64,000 nucleotides of DNA from positions 47,249 to 111,248 of the forward strand of contig OZ243969.1 in NCBI GenBank assembly GCA_965214675.1, read 5' to 3'. The notes beneath the pieces were generated by a model. That model was given only the letters and a program-made list of their open reading frames with translations. It searched no databases and had not been told where the DNA came from. Shown piece after piece: positions 27,990 through 38,435 of the stretch; position 1 is the first letter of the stretch, and each line of letters opens with the position of its first letter. Made by a program: the position numbers and the translations under genes. This stretch comes from Gammaproteobacteria bacterium (GTDB lineage Bacteria > Pseudomonadota > Gammaproteobacteria > UBA4575).

Positions 27990-29864
27990 TTGGCTGCTCG
28001 CGATTTTTTTAAAAATACCAAGCGGGAAAAACGCTATTTCAGGACGCGGATTTACATCGTAGGCCTGCTGGTCTTGCTGTGCATACTGGTTCTTGCCCTC
28101 CGATTGTTCTATCTACAGGTCAAAAGTCACGATTACTATGCGACCCTGTCGCACGAAAATCGAATGAAAGTCGTGCCTATACCCCCTACGAGAGGGCTAG
28201 TCTATGACCGGAACTTGAATTTGCTGGCAGCCAACAGGCCCAGTTACCAGATCAGGGTCACGCCGGTAGACGTAGACGATATTGAGCAGGTTATCACTCG
28301 GCTTGGCCAGCTTGTTGACTTGGAAGAGCATCATTTAAAAAAATTTTATGGGGACTTGAAACGCAAACAGGCGTTTGAGTCTATCCCGCTAAAAGTGAAT
28401 TTAAGTGAGGAAGAAGTTGCACGATTCGCGGTCAACCGCCACCGGTTTCCTGGCATTGAGATAATTGCACATGCCAGCCGCCACTATCCTATGACAGGAG
28501 TTAATGCTCATGCTTTGGGGTATGTAGGACGCATCAATGCAGATGAGATGCAAAAGCTGGACAGAAAGGATTACAGCGGCACCACCTATATTGGGAAAGT
28601 GGGCGTGGAGAAATTTTATGAAGAAACCCTGCATGGTACAGTGGGCTATCAACACATTGAAATCAATGCACAGGGTCGCAGGCTTCGGATATTGAAGAGC
28701 ATTCCGCCAGTACCGGGTAAGGACATTGTGTTGTCCCTGGACTCACAATTGCAGGAAGTGGCACTACAGGCTCTGGGCGAGAGAAGAGGATCGGTCGTTG
28801 CCATAGAGCCTGTGACGGGTGAAATACTTGTATTCGTAAGTGCGCCGACGTATGACCCCAACTTGTTTGTAAATGGTATTGGCAACAAGCAATATGCAGG
28901 GCTGCGTGATGATCCCGATCAACCGCTATTCAATCGAGCTCTTTCTGGCCTGTATCCACCTGGCTCAACTATCAAGCCTATGGTTGCTCTGGCAGGATTA
29001 CACTATGGTGTAACCCGGGCAAAAGACACCATCTGGGCAGGTCCGTACTTTCAGCTGCCAGGCAACACGCGCAAGTACCGCGATTGGAAAAAGGAAGGGC
29101 ATGGCAGCGTTGATATGCTGAAGGCTATTACCCAATCCAGTGACGTCTATTTTTATACACTGGCCCACAAGCTCGGGATTGACCGTATGGCCGAGTTCCT
29201 AGCACAGTTCAATTTTGGCAGAAAGACAGGGCTGGATATCTGGGGTGAGGTAAAAGGCATTCTGCCCTCACAAGAATGGAAACGCAGTGCACATGGGCAA
29301 CCTTGGTACCCTGGTGAAACTGTAATCACCGGGATAGGCCAGGGCTATATTTCGGCAACGCCACTTCAGCTTGCCTTGGCAACAAGCGTTTTAGCAACAC
29401 GAGGGAAAGGTGTACAGCCAAAATTTTTACGGGCAATTCAGCTATCTCAGGAAGAACAAAGCGTGAACCAAGCATCCGTTGCACGCTCCGTTGGTGTCAC
29501 CGATGAGTCTTATTGGGATCAAATTGTTGAAGCAATGACGGATTCCGTGCACAAGCCGAATGGGACCGCATATTCGATGGGAAAGAACGCTAGCTACACT
29601 ATTGCCGGGAAGACCGGAACTGCTCAAGTGTTCAGTTTGCAAAAAGATGGGGAGTATCTGGAGTACAACGAGGAAGACATTGATGAAAAGCTACGTGATC
29701 ACGCCTTGTTTATTGCATTTGCGCCTGCAGAGAAACCAGAAATTGCAATCGCAGTAGTTGTGGAAAACGGAGGCAGCGGTGGGGTTGCAGCCGCTCCGAT
29801 AGCAAAAGCTGTCATGGACCATTACTTGCTGGAAGACGAGTATGCCCATCAGGATTCTTCATAG
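27990..29864 (+). CDS. mrdA: penicillin-binding protein 2 (elongasome transpeptidase)
   Basis: 624 aa with an N-terminal TM anchor and SxxK (GSTIKP), SSD and KTGTA motifs. It is followed by rodA. It has a TTG start. Confidence 0.93.
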   Translation: MAARDFFKNTKREKRYFRTRIYIVGLLVLLCILVLALRLFYLQVKSHDYYATLSHENRMKVVPIPPTRGLVYDRNLNLLAANRPSYQIRVTPVDVDDIEQVITRLGQLVDLEEHHLKKFYGDLKRKQAFESIPLKVNLSEEEVARFAVNRHRFPGIEIIAHASRHYPMTGVNAHALGYVGRINADEMQKLDRKDYSGTTYIGKVGVEKFYEETLHGTVGYQHIEINAQGRRLRILKSIPPVPGKDIVLSLDSQLQEVALQALGERRGSVVAIEPVTGEILVFVSAPTYDPNLFVNGIGNKQYAGLRDDPDQPLFNRALSGLYPPGSTIKPMVALAGLHYGVTRAKDTIWAGPYFQLPGNTRKYRDWKKEGHGSVDMLKAITQSSDVYFYTLAHKLGIDRMAEFLAQFNFGRKTGLDIWGEVKGILPSQEWKRSAHGQPWYPGETVITGIGQGYISATPLQLALATSVLATRGKGVQPKFLRAIQLSQEEQSVNQASVARSVGVTDESYWDQIVEAMTDSVHKPNGTAYSMGKNASYTIAGKTGTAQVFSLQKDGEYLEYNEEDIDEKLRDHALFIAFAPAEKPEIAIAVVVENGGSGGVAAAPIAKAVMDHYLLEDEYAHQDSS

Positions 29865-29875
29865 CGTATATCGGC

Positions 29876-30985
29876 ATGGCTACATTTAGCGCAGATACAA
29901 ATCGGCAGAAGAAACCGCTGCTCAACCTCGACCCTATATTGATGGGAAGCTTGGTTTTACTTAGTGGAGCAGGACTGGCTGTGCTCTACAGTGCAGCAAA
30001 CAATAATCTCGATATCGTCATTCGCCAGTTTACGCATTATGCAATCGGTTTTATGGTACTGGTCTTGTTAGCTCAAATACCCAGCAAGCAACTGTTTAAA
30101 TGGTCTCCATGGGTATACTTGGGAGGCTTGATCGTGCTGATTATGGTACTGGCCGTCGGATACAGTGGCAAAGGTGCGCAACGTTGGTTGGACTTGGGGC
30201 TTATTCGTTTTCAGCCATCTGAACTCATGAAGATTTTTCTTCCCATGATGGTGGCCTGGTACCTTAGCGACAAACATGCACCACCTTCTTTACGGCACAT
30301 TGTCGTGGCATTGCTCATGATTGCAATTCCTGCTTGGTTGATCTTTATACAGCCTGATCTGGGTACCGCGTTACTGGTACTTAGCCTTGGCTTTTTTGTT
30401 GTTTTTCTGGCAGGAATTACCTGGCGGTTGCTGGCAGTGTCAGGTGGCCTGCTTTTGGCCAGTGTGCCAGTTTTCTGGTTTTATCTGCATGATTATCAGC
30501 AGCAGCGAATCATTACCCTTCTGAATCCAGAAAGTGATCCGCTCGGAGCCGGTTACCACATCATTCAATCCAAGATTGCGCTTGGTTCAGGCGGTTTATA
30601 TGGCAAGGGCTGGTTGAATGGAACGCAGTCTCAGCTTGATTTTTTACCCGAGCGATCCACCGATTTCGTTTTTGCCGTATTTGGTGAGGAATTTGGCTTT
30701 TTGGGAGCTATATTACTACTCTTCATCTACGGGTTTGTTGTGATGCGTGGTCTAAGTATTGCATCTTATGCAGAGGATACTTACTCTAGGCTGCTTGCAG
30801 GCAGCCTGAGCCTATCCTTTTTTGTTTATTTCGTGGTCAATATCGGTATGGTTAGTGGTTTGTTGCCGATCGTAGGTATTCCTTTGCCATTGATTAGTTA
30901 TGGTGGGACCTCTATCGTCACCATATTGGCAGCCTTTGGGATACTGATGTCTATCCACTCAAGTCAAAACCTGTTTACATCCTAG
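29876..30985 (+). CDS. rodA: peptidoglycan glycosyltransferase RodA (SEDS family)
   Basis: 369 aa and polytopic, with QPSELMK and PERSTDFVFAVFGEEFGF motifs. Confidence 0.94.
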   Translation: MATFSADTNRQKKPLLNLDPILMGSLVLLSGAGLAVLYSAANNNLDIVIRQFTHYAIGFMVLVLLAQIPSKQLFKWSPWVYLGGLIVLIMVLAVGYSGKGAQRWLDLGLIRFQPSELMKIFLPMMVAWYLSDKHAPPSLRHIVVALLMIAIPAWLIFIQPDLGTALLVLSLGFFVVFLAGITWRLLAVSGGLLLASVPVFWFYLHDYQQQRIITLLNPESDPLGAGYHIIQSKIALGSGGLYGKGWLNGTQSQLDFLPERSTDFVFAVFGEEFGFLGAILLLFIYGFVVMRGLSIASYAEDTYSRLLAGSLSLSFFVYFVVNIGMVSGLLPIVGIPLPLISYGGTSIVTILAAFGILMSIHSSQNLFTS

Positions 30986-30988
30986 GCC

Positions 30989-31993
30989 ATGGTAAAACTA
31001 TTCTCAGCTGTTGTTTCTATATATATATTTGCAGCCTGTCAGGCAGTCGCAAGTGAAAGCTACTTGGACCTTGCAGAGGTTAGAAGTTTTATTGATAACT
31101 TCTCAGAACAACATGCCTACCCGAAGTCTTCTTTGACTGCGCTCATCGGGAATGTAAAAAAACAGGTCCAGGTGCTGGATGCAATACGGCGCCCAGCCGA
31201 GAAGAAAAAGAACTGGCGTGAGTACAGGGAAATTTTTATCACCACAAAGCGCATTAATGAAGGTTTGCAATTCTGGGCTCAAAATGCTGTGGTCCTGGAC
31301 GCTGCGGAACGGCAGTTCGGCATACCGCCTGAAATCATTGTTGCCATCATTGGGGTTGAATCGTTTTATGGTCGATATAAAGGTAGGTACCCGGTTCTTG
31401 ATTCTCTTGTCACACTGGGGTTTGAGTATGAGCCGCGGAAGAAGTTTTTCCGTAGTGAACTGGAGCATTTTCTGTTACTTGCCAAGGAAGAGGCACTGGA
31501 CCCCTCGGCGATCAAGGGCTCGTATGCGGGGGCGATGGGTAAAAGTCAATTCATATCAAGCAGTTATCGGAGATACGCAGTTGACTTTGATGAAAACGGA
31601 AAACGGGACTTATGGGAAAGCAACGCAGATGCGATCGGCAGTGTAGCCAATTATCTAAAAGAGCACGGATGGCAGATGGGACAGCCTGTCACTTTTCCAG
31701 TAACCGTCAGGGGAGAGCGCTACAAGACGCTTTTGGAGATGGGACTCAAGCCGGCGGCCCCGATTTTAGAGTTGTCTCGATATGGTATTCAGCCGCACGA
31801 CGAATTGCCTACAGAGAAGGGTGAGGTAGCGCTGTTGGAATTCAAAAAGGACCACTCGACTGAATACTGGATTGGCATGAACAATTTTTACGTGATTACA
31901 CGCTATAACCACAGCTCCATGTACGCTATGGCTGTGTATCAATTAAGCCAACAAGTCAAACAGGGTTTTAAAGACTACGTTGCTCAGAACTGA
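30989..31993 (+). CDS. mltB: lytic murein transglycosylase B
   Basis: 334 aa with a signal/lipobox (IFAAC) and IIGVESFYG, AGAMGKSQFISSSY and NFYVITRYNHS motifs. Confidence 0.9.
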   Translation: MVKLFSAVVSIYIFAACQAVASESYLDLAEVRSFIDNFSEQHAYPKSSLTALIGNVKKQVQVLDAIRRPAEKKKNWREYREIFITTKRINEGLQFWAQNAVVLDAAERQFGIPPEIIVAIIGVESFYGRYKGRYPVLDSLVTLGFEYEPRKKFFRSELEHFLLLAKEEALDPSAIKGSYAGAMGKSQFISSSYRRYAVDFDENGKRDLWESNADAIGSVANYLKEHGWQMGQPVTFPVTVRGERYKTLLEMGLKPAAPILELSRYGIQPHDELPTEKGEVALLEFKKDHSTEYWIGMNNFYVITRYNHSSMYAMAVYQLSQQVKQGFKDYVAQN

Positions 31994-32092
31994 ATTTTTC
32001 GGGCTGACAGCCCGCTTTATCAATGCAAGGATTTTTGTTCTGCTGATCTCAGCGCAGGTAGCCTGTACATCCAATAAGCACGTCGCGGTAAT

Positions 32093-32884
32093 ATGACGAT
32101 TCCGCCCGTGACAATGGACCCCTCACGCGGATTGCCCCCTGACCCGATACCAAGGGCGGAGCCGCGCACTCGCTACGGCAATCCGCCACCCTATAAAGTA
32201 CTTGGCAAGCGCTATTCTACGCTTTCCAGTAGTGACGGTTTTACAGAACGTGGCATTGCCTCCTGGTATGGTAAGAAATTCCATGGCAAACGGACTTCAA
32301 GTGGTGAAACCTACAATATGCATGCCATGACGGCGGCCCACACCCGTTTGCCATTGCCAACCTATGTGCAGGTGAGCAATCTGAAAAATGGCAAGCAGGT
32401 TGTCGTGCGCGTGAACGATCGCGGTCTCTTTCATCAAAACAGAGTGATCGATTTGTCATATTCAGCTGCAAAAAAGCTCGACATTATGGCAAAGGGGACT
32501 GGCTTGGTAGAAATTCGTGCACTCGATCCATTACACTACCGCCAGACAGAAATTACTGGAACAAAGGCCACACAAAACACCTATACTGAAAAGACCAAAG
32601 ACACAGCGGTTTGGACTCAGGGAACGGGTCAGCGGACCGTCCATGGAAGGCCTGTAGTATGTGTACAAGTGGGCGCCTTCAGCAAGCGTGCAAGTGCGGA
32701 GCAGCTGTTAAGCCAACTTCGTGATCTCAATCTTGGGACGATTTCTGTATCCTCGATACTCAGAGGCAGGGAGGAGCTTCATCGGGTGCGAATCGGACCA
32801 CTGCCTACAGTCCAGTCTGCTGATGATACATTTGCCAGACTCACTGATCTGGGAATGGGAGAACACCGCGTCGTGATTGAGTGA
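32093..32884 (+). CDS. rlpA: septal-ring lytic transglycosylase RlpA (DPBB + SPOR domains); N-terminal signal peptide apparently in another frame
   Basis: It has a DPBB core (GIASWYGKKFHGKRTSSGETYNMHAMTAAHTRLPLPTYVQVSNLKNGKQVVVRVNDRG) and a C-terminal SPOR domain (VQVGAFSKRASAEQL...RVRIGPL). The ORF as given has no signal peptide (see finding). Confidence 0.8.
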   Translation: MTIPPVTMDPSRGLPPDPIPRAEPRTRYGNPPPYKVLGKRYSTLSSSDGFTERGIASWYGKKFHGKRTSSGETYNMHAMTAAHTRLPLPTYVQVSNLKNGKQVVVRVNDRGLFHQNRVIDLSYSAAKKLDIMAKGTGLVEIRALDPLHYRQTEITGTKATQNTYTEKTKDTAVWTQGTGQRTVHGRPVVCVQVGAFSKRASAEQLLSQLRDLNLGTISVSSILRGREELHRVRIGPLPTVQSADDTFARLTDLGMGEHRVVIE

Positions 32885-32922
32885 CGACTGCCTACGGATG
32901 GTTAACATGGAGCAACAAAGCA

Positions 32923-34056
32923 ATGAAGCTTAAAACGGTGATCTCAATTCTCGGGCTTGTGCTTGTTTGCACCTCTGTATACGCACAACGGTCGCCCATT
33001 CCTACAGCTCCAAAATTTGGAGCATCCAGTTACATACTGATGGATTTTGCGAGTGGGGATGTTTTGGTTGATCACAACTCCAGAGAGCGTGTCGAGCCTG
33101 CAAGTATCACGAAAATAATGACGGCATATATCGTCTATGTGGCTTTAAAAAATGACGAGGTGCGTCTGGATGATCAGGTTTTAATCAGCGAGAAGGCTTG
33201 GCGCAGTGTCGGTTCCAGAACATTTGTAGAAGTAGGGGATCGGGTTTCCCTTGAAGATTTGCTGCTGGGTATGGTTGTGCAGTCAGGTAATGACGCCAGC
33301 ATAGCACTGGCTGAACACATTGCAGGAACCGAAGACAGTTTTGCGAGCATGATGAATGCCCATGCAGCACGATTAGGCCTCAAGGACAGCAGTTTCATGA
33401 ACGTGACGGGTCTTCCTGGTCCAGCGCACTATACAACGGCTTACGACATCGCTTTGCTTTCTCAAGCGATGATCAGGGAATTTCCACAGGAATATGAACG
33501 CTACGCACAGAAAGAATTCACTTACAACGATATCAAGCAATACAATCGAAATCGCCTGTTGTGGCGTGACGGTACCGTGGACGGTATTAAAACTGGGTAT
33601 ACCCAAGCTGCACGCTATTGCTTAGCTGCCTCAGCCGCACGTGAAGACATGCGTTTGATTTCGGTGGTGATGGGTGCAGACAGTCCTCGTTCTCGGATGG
33701 TAAACAGCCAGGCATTGCTGAATTACGGCTTTCGGTACTACCAGTCACACAAATTGTATCAGGCGGGTCAGGTTCTTTCTGAGCCACGCATATGGCAAGG
33801 GGAGTTAAAGCAGCTCCAACTGGGACTGGAAGAAGATCTTTTTGTAGTCATACCCCGTGGTCAATTCGAGAATCTCAAGGCTGTTTCGCTGGTTCCGCAA
33901 GACATCGTCGCACCGGTTTCAGCAGGTGCTCAGTTCGGTACCGTCAAAATCAGCTTTAAAGATGAAGAAATTGCAGAAAGACCGCTGATTGCCTTGCATG
34001 CGAATCCGCGGGGTGACCTCTGGCGTCAGATTGTTGATTTTTTTGCAAAAATTTAA
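32923..34056 (+). CDS. D-alanyl-D-alanine carboxypeptidase (PBP5/6 class)
   Basis: It has SxxK (ASITKIMT), SGND and KTGYT motifs. The start is placed at MKLKTVISILGLVLVCTSVYA, which is a signal peptide. The ORF track begins at the GTG at 32881. Confidence 0.92.
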   Translation: MKLKTVISILGLVLVCTSVYAQRSPIPTAPKFGASSYILMDFASGDVLVDHNSRERVEPASITKIMTAYIVYVALKNDEVRLDDQVLISEKAWRSVGSRTFVEVGDRVSLEDLLLGMVVQSGNDASIALAEHIAGTEDSFASMMNAHAARLGLKDSSFMNVTGLPGPAHYTTAYDIALLSQAMIREFPQEYERYAQKEFTYNDIKQYNRNRLLWRDGTVDGIKTGYTQAARYCLAASAAREDMRLISVVMGADSPRSRMVNSQALLNYGFRYYQSHKLYQAGQVLSEPRIWQGELKQLQLGLEEDLFVVIPRGQFENLKAVSLVPQDIVAPVSAGAQFGTVKISFKDEEIAERPLIALHANPRGDLWRQIVDFFAKI

Positions 34057-34073
34057 AACAGCAGGCTCTATAT

Positions 34074-34916
34074 GTGATTCAAATTCCAGCTTTTTTAAAT
34101 GGTGAGTACATGCCTGTTGGGGAGTGCCGAGTTTCGCCTCTGGATCGTGGGTTCTTGTTTGGTGACGCGGTTTATGAGCTGATCCCCGTGTATAACCGCA
34201 AGGCTTTTTGTATGTCGCAGCATTTGGCGAGACTTGCGCGTAGCGTAGAACAGGTTCATATCCAGAATCCCTATACGCCAACACAATGGGCAGCGATTGT
34301 TAAAAGACTCATTCAGCAATCTGATGATGAAGATCTGGCTGTATATATTCAGGTAACTCGCGGGGTTGCCAAGCGAAACCATATTTTTCCTGAAAACGTG
34401 AATCCTACAGTGTTTGCCATGGCAAATCCGATGGCCAGGGTAGCCGGTGACGAGCTACAGAATGGGGTGGAATTAATCACAGTAAAAGATATTCGCTGGC
34501 AGCGCTGTGATATCAAGGTGACTGGGCTGCTGGCCAACATTCTAGCCAAGCAGGAGGCAATTCAGTCCTCAGCCTATGAAGCCATTCTGATACGTGATGG
34601 TTTTGCTTTGGAGGGCAGTGCCAGCAATCTCTTTGTAGTCCGCAATGGTACGGTCTATACACATCCTGAAGACAACCTGGTTCTGCCTGGGGTAACACGT
34701 GACTTCATATTGGGATTGTTAAATGAGCTTGAAGTGGAATTTCGGGAACAGGCAATACCAGAAGAATGGCTATATTCGGCAAATGAGCTCTGGGTTACCA
34801 GCTCAGCAAGAGAGGTTTTGGCCGCCACTAAAATTGACAAGCGTGTTGTGGGAAAAGGAGTTCCTGGTGAGCTCTGGAAGGATGTTTATGCCCTGTACCA
34901 GAAAAGCATAGCCTAG
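34074..34916 (+). CDS. dat: class IV aminotransferase, D-amino-acid (D-alanine) aminotransferase-like
   Basis: 280 aa with a fold-type IV pattern (DRGFLFGDAVYE, catalytic Lys in ..DIKVTGLL.., EGSASNLFVV, PGVTR). The call as D-amino-acid aminotransferase rather than aminodeoxychorismate lyase is tentative. Confidence 0.7.
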   Translation: MIQIPAFLNGEYMPVGECRVSPLDRGFLFGDAVYELIPVYNRKAFCMSQHLARLARSVEQVHIQNPYTPTQWAAIVKRLIQQSDDEDLAVYIQVTRGVAKRNHIFPENVNPTVFAMANPMARVAGDELQNGVELITVKDIRWQRCDIKVTGLLANILAKQEAIQSSAYEAILIRDGFALEGSASNLFVVRNGTVYTHPEDNLVLPGVTRDFILGLLNELEVEFREQAIPEEWLYSANELWVTSSAREVLAATKIDKRVVGKGVPGELWKDVYALYQKSIA

Positions 34917-34995
34917 GGAGAGCATCGTCCGCTTACCGTTTGGCGACGTGTCGTTCAGGGTGAATCCTGGCCGCCAATCGTTATAAGATTGCTGC

Positions 34996-35655
34996 ATGGT
35001 GAAGAGTGCAGGAAAGTGCGGACTGAAGATTCGTGATCTGGGCATACAGGAATACCTTCCTGTATATAAAAATATGCGCAAGTTCAATGCGAGGCGAAGT
35101 GCGACTACTGCCGATGAGTTCTGGTGCCTGCAACATTTGCCTGTCGTCACGCTGGGAGCAAATTCAAGCGACGGACATATCCATTCAGGAATGAATTTGC
35201 CCATCGTACACACGGACCGCGGAGGGCAAGTCACCTACCATGCACCGGGGCAGGCCATTATATATCTACTGATAGACCTGAGACGAAAAGAGATCGGCAT
35301 CAAGAATCTTGTACAGCGTATTGAGCAAGCCGTAGTGGAGCTGCTGGAGCGTTATCAGCTCTGTGCATCTGCCCGCGCCGATGCGCATGGCGTTTATATT
35401 GAAGATGCAAAAGTGGCATCCGTAGGTTTGAGGGTCAGTGGCGGCTGTTGCTATCATGGTATAGCGCTCAATGTCGATATGGATCTTGGCCCATTTTCAT
35501 GCATGAATCCGTGTGGATTCCCTGGACTATCCGTCACACAACTGAAAGATCACGGAATCGCATCCAGCTGCCAACAGGTGCATATGGAATTAGCGATGCA
35601 GCTATGCAAACACCTAAACTATAAAACAACGGGTATTGAAACCATTGGCCAATAA
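34996..35655 (+). CDS. lipB: lipoyl(octanoyl) transferase
   Basis: 219 aa with [24 protein letters not shown], a KVASVGLRV catalytic-lysine region and YHGIALNV. Confidence 0.93.
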   Translation: MVKSAGKCGLKIRDLGIQEYLPVYKNMRKFNARRSATTADEFWCLQHLPVVTLGANSSDGHIHSGMNLPIVHTDRGGQVTYHAPGQAIIYLLIDLRRKEIGIKNLVQRIEQAVVELLERYQLCASARADAHGVYIEDAKVASVGLRVSGGCCYHGIALNVDMDLGPFSCMNPCGFPGLSVTQLKDHGIASSCQQVHMELAMQLCKHLNYKTTGIETIGQ

Positions 35656-36592
35656 GTCGCATCTCGCAAAAATTGGTGTAAAACGGCGCGGAATTGAAAA
35701 GGTCATTCGCATCCCGGTTCATCAGGAGGGAGCCCCTCAGTACCTACCAAAACCTCAGTGGCTGCGTGTACAGGCACCGACGGCGAAGGTCAAAGCCTTA
35801 AAAAGGCTGCTGAGGGAACAGAAGCTGAACACTGTATGCGAGGAGGCCTCGTGTCCTAACCTGACTGAGTGCTTCAGTCGTGGCACAGCTACATTCATGA
35901 TCATGGGAGACATCTGTACCCGACGCTGTTCTTTTTGTGATGTAGCACATGGCAGGCCTTTGCCACTGGATGAGCAGGAACCAGAACATCTGGTAAAGGC
36001 TATTGATCTAATGGGGCTTCGTTATGTAGTCATCACTTCGGTTGACCGTGATGATTTGCATGATGGAGGCGCCCGCCATTTTACGAAGTGTATACAACGT
36101 ATACGTGAGTGCTGCACAGGAACAACAATTGAAATTCTTGTGCCAGATTTTCGTGGGCGGTTGGATCTGGCATTGCAAACTTTATCTCTGCAATCAGCTG
36201 ATGTATTCAACCACAACCTGGAGACCGTGCCACGTTTATATCCATTGGCTCGGCCAGGTGCAGATTACTGGCATTCGCTGAAACTGTTGCACAAATACAA
36301 AATGCAACACTCACATGTTCCAACAAAGTCAGGCTTGATGCTGGGTCTGGGGGAGCAGATGGATGAAGTCATTCGAGTGATGAATGATTTGCGTGCACAT
36401 AAGGTGGAGCGACTTACTTTAGGACAATATTTGCAGCCAAGTCGCCATCATCTCCCCGTGCATCGTTATCTCGACCCAGATGAATTTGATCAACTACGGC
36501 GAATTGGGGAGGATATGGGTTTTCATCATGTAGCAAGCGGCCCATTGGTCCGCTCCTCTTATCATGCAGATAGCCAAGCTTATGGGCATTGA
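35636..36592 (+). CDS. lipA: lipoyl synthase (radical SAM)
   Basis: 318 aa with [13 protein letters not shown] and [10 protein letters not shown] cluster motifs. Its TTG start overlaps the lipB end by 20 nt. Confidence 0.95.
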   Translation: MKPLANKSHLAKIGVKRRGIEKVIRIPVHQEGAPQYLPKPQWLRVQAPTAKVKALKRLLREQKLNTVCEEASCPNLTECFSRGTATFMIMGDICTRRCSFCDVAHGRPLPLDEQEPEHLVKAIDLMGLRYVVITSVDRDDLHDGGARHFTKCIQRIRECCTGTTIEILVPDFRGRLDLALQTLSLQSADVFNHNLETVPRLYPLARPGADYWHSLKLLHKYKMQHSHVPTKSGLMLGLGEQMDEVIRVMNDLRAHKVERLTLGQYLQPSRHHLPVHRYLDPDEFDQLRRIGEDMGFHHVASGPLVRSSYHADSQAYGH

Positions 36593-36640
36593 TGTGTTTC
36601 CAATCGATGCACCTGGCTTAGGGAAGACCCTGGTCGGTGA

Positions 36641-37351
36641 CTACTCAGAAGTGGCAGGAGACTTTACGGACGATGTCGGGTTTTTGGTCTGATTCTTCAG
36701 GTACTGCTCAGCTTCGAAGAGACGTTCAAAAGTACCAATATCAAACCATGCACCAGTATGGTGTTCTGCAGTAACCTGACTCTGGTTGATAGCAGAGCGC
36801 AGAACAGGGGCTAAGGCCTGATTTTCGCCTGTCTGTGTTTTGAAAAGCCCAGGTTTGAAAACACCAATTCCACTGAAGGTCAGAAAATTATTTCCTGTGG
36901 TGCAGGCGTTGCCGGATTCATAGGCAAAATCCCCATCGGGATGGTGGGCCGGATTATTTACAAGGACCAGGTGAGCGTTCTCATGCACTGGATCAGGGAA
37001 GGAAAGAGGGTGGTCACACCAGACATCACTGCTTATGACCAAAAACGGCCTTTCTCCCAAAAGTGGCAAGGCATGAACAATTCCACCAGCAGTGCCCAGG
37101 GGGTGTTCTCCTTCATGGGAATACTGAATGCGTATCCCATAACTTCCACCATCACCAAGCTTTTTCTGAATTGAGTCCCCTAAATGGGAAAGATTGATAA
37201 CAACCTCCTTATAGCCTGCAGTTTTGAGTCTTGCCAGGTGGTGTTCGATTAACGATTTTCCTGCAAGCCTGATAAGAGGTTTCGGAACCTGGTTGGTCAG
37301 CGGTCTCATTCGCTTGCCCAGACCTGCTGACAGTAGCATGCACTTCATCAC
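36641..37351 (-). CDS. murU: N-acetylmuramate alpha-1-phosphate uridylyltransferase
   Basis: 236 aa with the nucleotidyltransferase motif LSAGLGKRMRPLT. It resembles Pseudomonas MurU and overlaps upstream amgK by 4 nt. Confidence 0.82.
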   Translation of the reverse strand: MMKCMLLSAGLGKRMRPLTNQVPKPLIRLAGKSLIEHHLARLKTAGYKEVVINLSHLGDSIQKKLGDGGSYGIRIQYSHEGEHPLGTAGGIVHALPLLGERPFLVISSDVWCDHPLSFPDPVHENAHLVLVNNPAHHPDGDFAYESGNACTTGNNFLTFSGIGVFKPGLFKTQTGENQALAPVLRSAINQSQVTAEHHTGAWFDIGTFERLFEAEQYLKNQTKNPTSSVKSPATSE

Positions 37352-38337
37352 AACTGGAAAGAAACCTCATCACTAATGAATTCTGCCAACTTCTGGGTCT
37401 CGGGGTAATTTGGTGCAACGGATTTCACATACCCCAGAGTCCGCGGAATATCTTTCAGATAGCCTGTCTTTTTATCGCGCAGGCTCAGGCGTGCAAATAT
37501 TCCAATAGCCTTCAAGTGTCGCTGGATGCCCATCAAATCAAACCACTTCAGAAATGTTTCGTCACTTACATCACAGGCCATGTTTGTTTCCATCAGCCTT
37601 TTCTTGTACTCCAGTGCCCAGGCTTTGACGCGGTCTGGTGACCATTGAATATAACAGTCCCGTAACAGTGACACTGCATCGTATGTGACCGGGCCACAAA
37701 CTGCGTCTTGGTAATCGATGATACCTGGCCAGTCGGCATCGATTTTCATTAGGTTGCGTGAATGGTAGTCGCGATGAACAAACACCTGTGGTTGAACCAG
37801 GGCGTTTTGTTTCAATTGTGCAAAGACATTGTGTAACATCTTTTCAGTCGACTCTGACAGCTTTTTGTCTAGAAGTTTGGCTAGAAACCACTGCTGGAAT
37901 AACTCCATTTCCTGTAACAATAGTTCTTGACTGTATCGTGGCAGGCTATGTGCAGGAATTTGTTGCATCACTGTCAGGGCATCCAGTGCATTCCCATACA
38001 GTCTGTCCACATTTTCTGCATCCAAAATGTCCAGAAACAGGGTATTACCAAAATCATCCAGAAGAAAATAGCCGGAATCCAGAAAGCTGTAGTGGATGTG
38101 TGGTACGGGCAGTCCTTCTGCCTCAAGCAAATGAGTTACCTCAACAAAGGCCTCATTCGATTCTTTTTCAGGAGGGGCATCAACCGCAATGTATCGCCAA
38201 TGATCAGACAGGACCCGAAAGTAGCGCCTGAAGCTTGCATCTTCGGACGCTTGCTCGAGCGTATACTGAACATCCCCGAATACTTCCCTGATCCATCCAT
38301 GCAATTGGGAAAGGCGTGGGTCAGGGTCCATCTGCAT
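37348..38337 (-). CDS. amgK: anomeric MurNAc/GlcNAc kinase (aminoglycoside-phosphotransferase fold)
   Basis: 329 aa with an APH-type catalytic loop HRDYHSRNLM and IDYQDA. It is paired with murU, as in the Pseudomonas peptidoglycan-recycling bypass. Confidence 0.8.
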   Translation of the reverse strand: MQMDPDPRLSQLHGWIREVFGDVQYTLEQASEDASFRRYFRVLSDHWRYIAVDAPPEKESNEAFVEVTHLLEAEGLPVPHIHYSFLDSGYFLLDDFGNTLFLDILDAENVDRLYGNALDALTVMQQIPAHSLPRYSQELLLQEMELFQQWFLAKLLDKKLSESTEKMLHNVFAQLKQNALVQPQVFVHRDYHSRNLMKIDADWPGIIDYQDAVCGPVTYDAVSLLRDCYIQWSPDRVKAWALEYKKRLMETNMACDVSDETFLKWFDLMGIQRHLKAIGIFARLSLRDKKTGYLKDIPRTLGYVKSVAPNYPETQKLAEFISDEVSFQL

Positions 38338-38435
38338 ATCCGAAGGAGGTACTGTTCAGTAACCGGGTGAGTGATGTTAAATCTGAATGCCTCGGGGTTT
38401 GACAGGGCTGCGACCATGTCTGGCAAGCGCTACTT

